A stretch of DNA of 64,000 nucleotides from an uncultured Akkermansia sp. (GTDB lineage Bacteria; Verrucomicrobiota; Verrucomicrobiia; Verrucomicrobiales; Akkermansiaceae). Position numbers and translations under genes: made by a program. Positions 58,745 to 64,000 of the stretch are shown here, piece by piece (position 1 is the stretch's first letter; each line of letters begins with the position of its first letter). Location: the NCBI GenBank assembly GCA_904501975.1, contig CAJGCZ010000002.1:47308-111307 (forward strand), read 5' to 3'. The notes below the pieces were generated by a model. That model ran no database searches and had not been told where the DNA came from. It saw only the letters and a list, made by a program, of their open reading frames with translations.

Positions 58745-58975
58745 TTACTCACCATCGTCACCAATAGCCTGTACGGGGCAATCGGCAATGGCAGCTTCGC
58801 ATGCCTCTACGCCTTCATCTGTATCGGGCTGATTGTACACGACGGAATTACCGTTGTCGTCCTCGCGGAAGTAATCCGGAGCATTGGCAATGCACAGACC
58901 GCAAGCAATGCAGTTGGTGTCTACATAGAACTTGCCGGGCACATTGTTTTCATTCTTATCATCGATTTCTGCCAT
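58745..58975 (-). CDS. Single-cluster ferredoxin
   Basis: CIACGLC...CPVQAI motif; acidic; start ATG 58975. Confidence 0.93.
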   Translation of the reverse strand: MAEIDDKNENNVPGKFYVDTNCIACGLCIANAPDYFREDDNGNSVVYNQPDTDEGVEACEAAIADCPVQAIGDDGE

Positions 58976-59082
58976 AATGTGTATGAGGGATGTTCTGTAA
59001 TCCGACACTATTTTTACCTATTTTTCGCAGAATGCAATCTTTTTTTGTTGCAACAAGGCATTTTTAGGTACAAAATAGGGGC

Positions 59083-59730
59083 ATGCAAGCCAAAAAATCA
59101 CAACAGAGCAAAAACTTCATCAAAAAAATAGGCATTCTGAATTTCATTTGCATCTGTCTGTTTGTAGGGGTGCTGGCCGGAGCAGCAACCTTCACGGCTT
59201 ACATGTACCGCGACCTTCCCACCTCTGATTGGGGCGAACGCAAAACGGAGCTTCCGTGGTACGGGCATGATTTGGTTATTGATAACATCATCACCGGATG
59301 GGAGGACGTGTCATCTCAGCAATGGTTAGCCATGAGCGGTATCTCCCACGCACCTTACGCCAAAATTCAGCTGGGGGAATGCACCGGCAACGGTACAATT
59401 TACGTTCAATTCCACGACTCTACCGGCGCTATGATTGGCCAGCCCGTTACCTTCTTGTACGAAAACGGCCAAGTAGAGGAAACAGACAGAAACTACTACT
59501 TTGCCGAAGGCAAGAACATCTTCATTTATGGCTACCCGGCCTTTAAGGGCAATCCCCTTATCAACAACAGAGAGCAATTCCGCAAATACAATTTGGAGGA
59601 AAGCCAGGCTTTGTGGCGCGTAGAGGTGTATTACAGCCCGATTATCCCGGAGCAACCCAACCTGCGAGAGAAATTCCTCTTAGGCTACACCACCATTGAA
59701 AAGGGGCTCGTTGACAACAACGAAGAATAA
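59083..59730 (+). CDS. Hypothetical single-TM protein
   Basis: N-terminal TM anchor; co-oriented with lnt. Confidence 0.7.
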   Translation: MQAKKSQQSKNFIKKIGILNFICICLFVGVLAGAATFTAYMYRDLPTSDWGERKTELPWYGHDLVIDNIITGWEDVSSQQWLAMSGISHAPYAKIQLGECTGNGTIYVQFHDSTGAMIGQPVTFLYENGQVEETDRNYYFAEGKNIFIYGYPAFKGNPLINNREQFRKYNLEESQALWRVEVYYSPIIPEQPNLREKFLLGYTTIEKGLVDNNEE

Positions 59731-59739
59731 TACGAAGCC

Positions 59740-61671
59740 ATGAGTACATCCCCCCTTGTCTCCCTGCTTAAAAAGATTTTTCTCAATCGCGGCTTATGGA
59801 GCCTGTTTAGCGGCGCCATCATGGCCTTGGCTTTTGAGCCATACGATATAGGCTTTCTTGTATGGGTGGCCTTACTGCCGATATTGACCATCCTGTGGCT
59901 GGGCAAAGCATCCTTCAAACGCGGCTTTGGCATGGGGTGGCTATACGGCATGGGGTGGTACAGCACCAGCTTTTGGTGGATTCATGAGGTCGGATACGTG
60001 TTTGATATTCCCCTCTGGCTCTTCCTGCTCATTGCGTTTCTGCCGCTTATGGCCGTGTACTCGGCGCTTATCGGCTTGTGGGGAGGGCTGGTTGCCACAG
60101 TACTTCGCCCGCGGTTAGAAGCCGCGCCGGCAACGGAGGGACTGCGCCCGGAAAAGAAAAAGCAAGCGTGGGCAGACTGGGCTTGGCGCGATTTGTTCAG
60201 CACAGTAGGCACAGCTACTGGCGTGGCAGCCCTCTTGGTTTGTGTGGAGTGGATGCGCTCCAGCGGTACCCTTGCCTTCAGTTGGAACACCTTGGGCATG
60301 GGCATGTACCACGGGCTCTCCATGGTGCAATGGGCTGAGTTTATCGGTACCACGGCGCTTTCCTTCATACCGGCATTTACCACCGTTATTCTTTGGGGTG
60401 CAGCACGCCGCTCGTACATTTACTTTAAGGGCTGTGGCAGCCACTGCCGAATCTGGGATTTTTACGGCTGCATGCTGGTCCTGTTTCTGCTCTTCCTCGG
60501 GGGCATGTTTATTTCCAAATCATACTCACAGAATGCGTTGTTAAGAAAGGACAGCACGCTGAGCGTACCCGTTTTGGCCGTACAAATCAATAAAGACCAA
60601 AAGGAGAAAATCCGCGAGCGCCGCCAAGGTATCTCCGATTTCAATCAAACTCTCATTGAGCAAACAATCGCCGCCTCGGAGGACGTGCTGCGCCGCCAGA
60701 TGGCAGTTGCTCATAACAATAAACAGAATCTGGCTTTCCCACTTCACCGCCCCGCATGGGTGATTTGGCCGGAAAGCGCCTTGGAATGCGATTTGAGTTT
60801 AGATTTAATCAAGAATGAAATCTTTACGGATGAGCGCCCCGTTACCACCGCCACGGTTCAGGATTACGCTAAATACCGTTACCTGACTTACCAACACGGT
60901 CTTACAGAAAACTTCCTGACACAATACCTCCCTGCACTTCGCACAGCGTTAAACCGTGATGCGGTACTCTTCACAGGAGCCGACATGCACCGCATGGTGC
61001 CGACAGCGAACGGCGAGCTAAAGATGGAAGGCATGCTTAATGCTATGGCCTGTATTCCCGGAACCGAGGTGCAGAGCATGAGCTCAGCCGCCAAGCAACA
61101 CCTCATGCCCTTTGGCGAATATATTCCTTTGGCTGATAGCTGCGAATGGATACAGCGCACCTATAGCGAGGTAACAGGCACCCAAGTAGGAGATGGCATT
61201 CACCCCGGCACGGGCAACACGCCACTCAGCGTACCTGTTCCCGGCACGAATGAAACCGTAGGCGTTATTCCCGCTGTTTGTTACGAAGATACAGTGGGTA
61301 CAAAGCTCACCAAGTTTGTACGCAAAGGGGCGCAAGTTATCGTCAATATCAGCAACGACGGCTGGTTCAATCACTCCGCATGTGGTGCCCAGCAGGCTCG
61401 CAATGCCGCTTTCCGTTGCATTGAGCTGCGCCGCCCGATGGTGCGAGCCGCCAACATGGGCGTATGCTGTGCCATTGCTCCCAACGGAGCCTTTATCGAC
61501 CGCCAGGAAAACGAGCACCAAGCAGGTTACAGCTTTGCCGTATTACCGGTGGATCGCAACGCAGGCTTCACCCTGTTTGCTATTGCCGGGGATTGGGCAG
61601 TTGCACTTTGCTTCCTGCTTGTCCTTGCTTGTGCCACCGGCAAGCTTGTACGCAAAAAGCTCAGCGCTTAA
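59740..61671 (+). CDS. lnt: Apolipoprotein N-acyltransferase
   Basis: TM N-domain; catalytic WPE, KQHLMPFGEY and VCYE; NISNDGWF. Confidence 0.93.
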   Translation: MSTSPLVSLLKKIFLNRGLWSLFSGAIMALAFEPYDIGFLVWVALLPILTILWLGKASFKRGFGMGWLYGMGWYSTSFWWIHEVGYVFDIPLWLFLLIAFLPLMAVYSALIGLWGGLVATVLRPRLEAAPATEGLRPEKKKQAWADWAWRDLFSTVGTATGVAALLVCVEWMRSSGTLAFSWNTLGMGMYHGLSMVQWAEFIGTTALSFIPAFTTVILWGAARRSYIYFKGCGSHCRIWDFYGCMLVLFLLFLGGMFISKSYSQNALLRKDSTLSVPVLAVQINKDQKEKIRERRQGISDFNQTLIEQTIAASEDVLRRQMAVAHNNKQNLAFPLHRPAWVIWPESALECDLSLDLIKNEIFTDERPVTTATVQDYAKYRYLTYQHGLTENFLTQYLPALRTALNRDAVLFTGADMHRMVPTANGELKMEGMLNAMACIPGTEVQSMSSAAKQHLMPFGEYIPLADSCEWIQRTYSEVTGTQVGDGIHPGTGNTPLSVPVPGTNETVGVIPAVCYEDTVGTKLTKFVRKGAQVIVNISNDGWFNHSACGAQQARNAAFRCIELRRPMVRAANMGVCCAIAPNGAFIDRQENEHQAGYSFAVLPVDRNAGFTLFAIAGDWAVALCFLLVLACATGKLVRKKLSA

Positions 61672-62903
61672 TCCCGAGAGGTTTCCGGAATATCCGCCCA
61701 ATTAGTCGTATACCCTCGCGACAAATGTTCCTTGTGCCACAAGGGCTGGTTGCCGTAATTTGCAAACCCGATGTTGTGGCCTTTCTTTTGCAGCGAATCC
61801 AGCACCTTCATTAAGCGCGAGGGTTTAACATCCGGTTGGTCAAAGGTAGGGTGCACATTTTCCACTTTCTCCAGTCCCGTCAGTAACACGCCTATCTTTT
61901 TGTATTCATAACCGGGCTTGTACAAGGCCTCCAGCAAGGCTGTGGCGCAGCGAATGAACAGGCGAGTATCATCCGTATAATGGGGCAAGCTCACGCCCTG
62001 ATGCGATGAATAGCTTTGCGCCGCATCCTTAAAGCGGGATGTACGCAACACCACAAAAACCTGCGAGGCCATCAGCTGCTCATCGCGTAAAATGCGCCCT
62101 GCCTTTTCCACAAATTGGCACAGTACATCACGCAGCGGCAACAGCTCTGTTACCCCCTCCTTCAACGAACGAGATACCATCACCTGCCCGCGAGTCGATT
62201 GGCTCTCCTCCTCAAAGCAGGAGTTACCTCGCAACTCCAAGGTCAAGCGCTCGCCGTGCACCCCAAAACGGCGGCGCATCCAATCCAATGAGGCCGCCGC
62301 TATATCCGCCGCTGTTCGCAAGCTGAAGGAACGCATGCGCGGTGCCAATTTACGCCCCACGCCCCACACATCTTCCACCGGGGTAGACGGCAGCCACGGC
62401 TCCCACTTGTCTGCGCTGCAAAAGTTACACACGCCCTGCATCTCGGGGTGGTGTTTGGCCGTTTCGTTCGCCAATTTACACAGCGTGCGGGTGGGCGCTA
62501 TCCCCACACTCACGGTAATCCCCGTCCAACGGCGAATCTTCTTCCTCAGCTCGCGGCAATAAGGCTCCCAATCACCATCATCCACCACGGCAAAAGCCTC
62601 GTCTATACTGTATTGCTGCACCTCCGGCAGTGAATCCTCTAAAATGCTCATAATTCGCCCGGACAAATCGCTGTACAGGGCAAAATTTGCAGAGCATACG
62701 ACAGCATCGGCCTCTGCCAACTTTTCGCGGCATTGAAAATAGGGCTCGCCCATGGCAATTCCCATGGATTTCGCCTCCGGTGAGCGAGAAATGACACAGC
62801 CATCGTTATTCGACAACACAACAAGCGGGCGCCTCCGCCAGTCAGGCCGAAACACCTGCTCGCAGCTGGCAAAAAAGTTGTTGCAGTCAAATAAAAGGAA
62901 CAT
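61668..62903 (-). CDS. umuC: Y-family DNA polymerase, UmuC-like
   Basis: DCNNFFASCE, SNNDG, YSIDEAF, VWGVG and C-terminal LS..YTTNW.DIP. Confidence 0.9.
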   Translation of the reverse strand: MFLLFDCNNFFASCEQVFRPDWRRRPLVVLSNNDGCVISRSPEAKSMGIAMGEPYFQCREKLAEADAVVCSANFALYSDLSGRIMSILEDSLPEVQQYSIDEAFAVVDDGDWEPYCRELRKKIRRWTGITVSVGIAPTRTLCKLANETAKHHPEMQGVCNFCSADKWEPWLPSTPVEDVWGVGRKLAPRMRSFSLRTAADIAAASLDWMRRRFGVHGERLTLELRGNSCFEEESQSTRGQVMVSRSLKEGVTELLPLRDVLCQFVEKAGRILRDEQLMASQVFVVLRTSRFKDAAQSYSSHQGVSLPHYTDDTRLFIRCATALLEALYKPGYEYKKIGVLLTGLEKVENVHPTFDQPDVKPSRLMKVLDSLQKKGHNIGFANYGNQPLWHKEHLSRGYTTNWADIPETSRD

Positions 62904-62910
62904 AGAGCTT

Positions 62911-62948
62911 AAAAAAGGAACCGGTGCTCATGCAAGGAACACCGGTTC
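62911..62948 (-). terminator. Intrinsic terminator after gatB
   Basis: gaaccggtg...caccggttc hairpin with a T-run on the minus strand. Confidence 0.8.
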
Positions 62949-62976
62949 AAATTCAAAGAGCCTCGTCTCGGTGCCA

Positions 62977-64000
62977 TCAGAGCCCCAGCTTAGCCATCAA
63001 CAGCTCAGTAACAAGCTTCGGATTGGGCTTAGGATTGCTTCTCTTCATCACCTGACCCGTCAAGGCATTGATAAGCTTCATGTTACCCTCACGAATGCGA
63101 GCCACCTCGTTGGGGCAATCAGCAATCACCTGCTCCACTACAGCCTCAAGGGCTCCGGTATCAGCCTTCTTAAAGCCCAAAGAAGCAGCGGCATCCACGG
63201 CTGCCAACTCCGGCTTCTCCCACATAACGGCCAGCACCTCGCGGGCTTGGTTGGTAGAGCAAATACCTTCCTCCACCACATCCACCAACGCAGCAAGGGC
63301 CACAGGCGTTACCGGGCAATCATCAATCGTCACCTCCTTCTCAGCCAGCACGGGCGGCAGCGTGTTAATCAACCAGTTAGCCACCTTGCGCGGAGCTTTA
63401 GAGGCGGCGGCAGCTGTTTCAAAGTATGCACACAAGCGAGCATCTGCCACCAAGGCATTAGCATCTGCCACAGGCAGGCCGTACTGCTCCATCAGGCGCT
63501 TTTGGCGCGCGTCCGGCAGTTCGGGCATTTCCTGTTGCATCTTCTCAACATACGGAGCGGTGTGCACCGGAATCAAATCCGGGCAAGTGTGGTATCGATA
63601 GTCGTGGGCGTTCTCCTTGGTACGCATCACAATGCTCTCACCCAAATCATCATCCCAGCGGCGCGTGGACTGCACCTGGGCAATGCCCATATCCAATTCC
63701 TCTGCCTGTCGGGCAATTTCATAAATCAGGGCACGGCGAGCAGCAGACATGGAGTTGATGTTCTTCATCTCAATCTTAGCGCCCAGTTCCTTCTGGCCTT
63801 TCGGGCGCAGAGAAACATTCACGTCGCAGCGCATTTGTCCCTTCTCCATATCGGCATCGGAGATACCACCACAGATAAGAATCTGTTGCAAGCTCTTAAG
63901 GTAGGCGTATGTTTCATCCGGGCTGGTCAAATCCGGGGCAGATACAATCTCCATCAGCGGAGTACCGCCGCGGTTGTAGTCCACAAGAGAGTAGGAACCG
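62977..64000 (-). CDS. gatB: Asp/Glu-tRNA amidotransferase subunit B (5'-partial)
   Basis: DYNRGGTPLMEIV, RCDVNVS, EMKNINS, KENAHDYRY and GQVMK motifs; open to the window end. Confidence 0.96.
   Translation of the reverse strand, partial: GSYSLVDYNRGGTPLMEIVSAPDLTSPDETYAYLKSLQQILICGGISDADMEKGQMRCDVNVSLRPKGQKELGAKIEMKNINSMSAARRALIYEIARQAEELDMGIAQVQSTRRWDDDLGESIVMRTKENAHDYRYHTCPDLIPVHTAPYVEKMQQEMPELPDARQKRLMEQYGLPVADANALVADARLCAYFETAAAASKAPRKVANWLINTLPPVLAEKEVTIDDCPVTPVALAALVDVVEEGICSTNQAREVLAVMWEKPELAAVDAAASLGFKKADTGALEAVVEQVIADCPNEVARIREGNMKLINALTGQVMKRSNPKPNPKLVTELLMAKLGL

Overview
Gene-dense chromosomal (core-genome) window from a diderm bacterium. Gene content and order (mcsA-mcsB-clpC-hprK, coaE/rho, lnt, LolC/E, RND pump) suggest a Verrucomicrobiota/Akkermansia-like gut organism; this is an inference, not checked by search. 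It holds about 47 CDSs (ilvD, metH, nuoA, alr, dxr, ADP-forming acetate-CoA ligase, sod, lysS, clpC, hprK, htpG, RND pump, DsbD-like, malic enzyme, lnt, UmuC-like, partial gatB), the RNase P RNA, a tRNA-Lys(TTT), and many sigma70-type promoters and intrinsic terminators. I saw no CRISPR array, prophage or IS. The most notable oddities are: (1) a seamless dephospho-CoA kinase (CoaE)-Rho fusion whose Rho primary RNA-binding motifs are altered; (2) an McsB arginine-kinase homologue that has lost most catalytic residues in an otherwise intact mcsA-mcsB-clpC operon; (3) an RND adaptor made of two complete MFP modules in tandem; (4) a full-length but catalytically degenerate glutamine-dependent NadE homologue; (5) many promoters whose -10 box lies only 6-9 nt upstream of the start codon (leaderless or near-leaderless mRNAs); (6) a stand-alone tyrosine recombinase preceded by two palindromes. 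All motif comparisons were made by eye against remembered consensus sequences.
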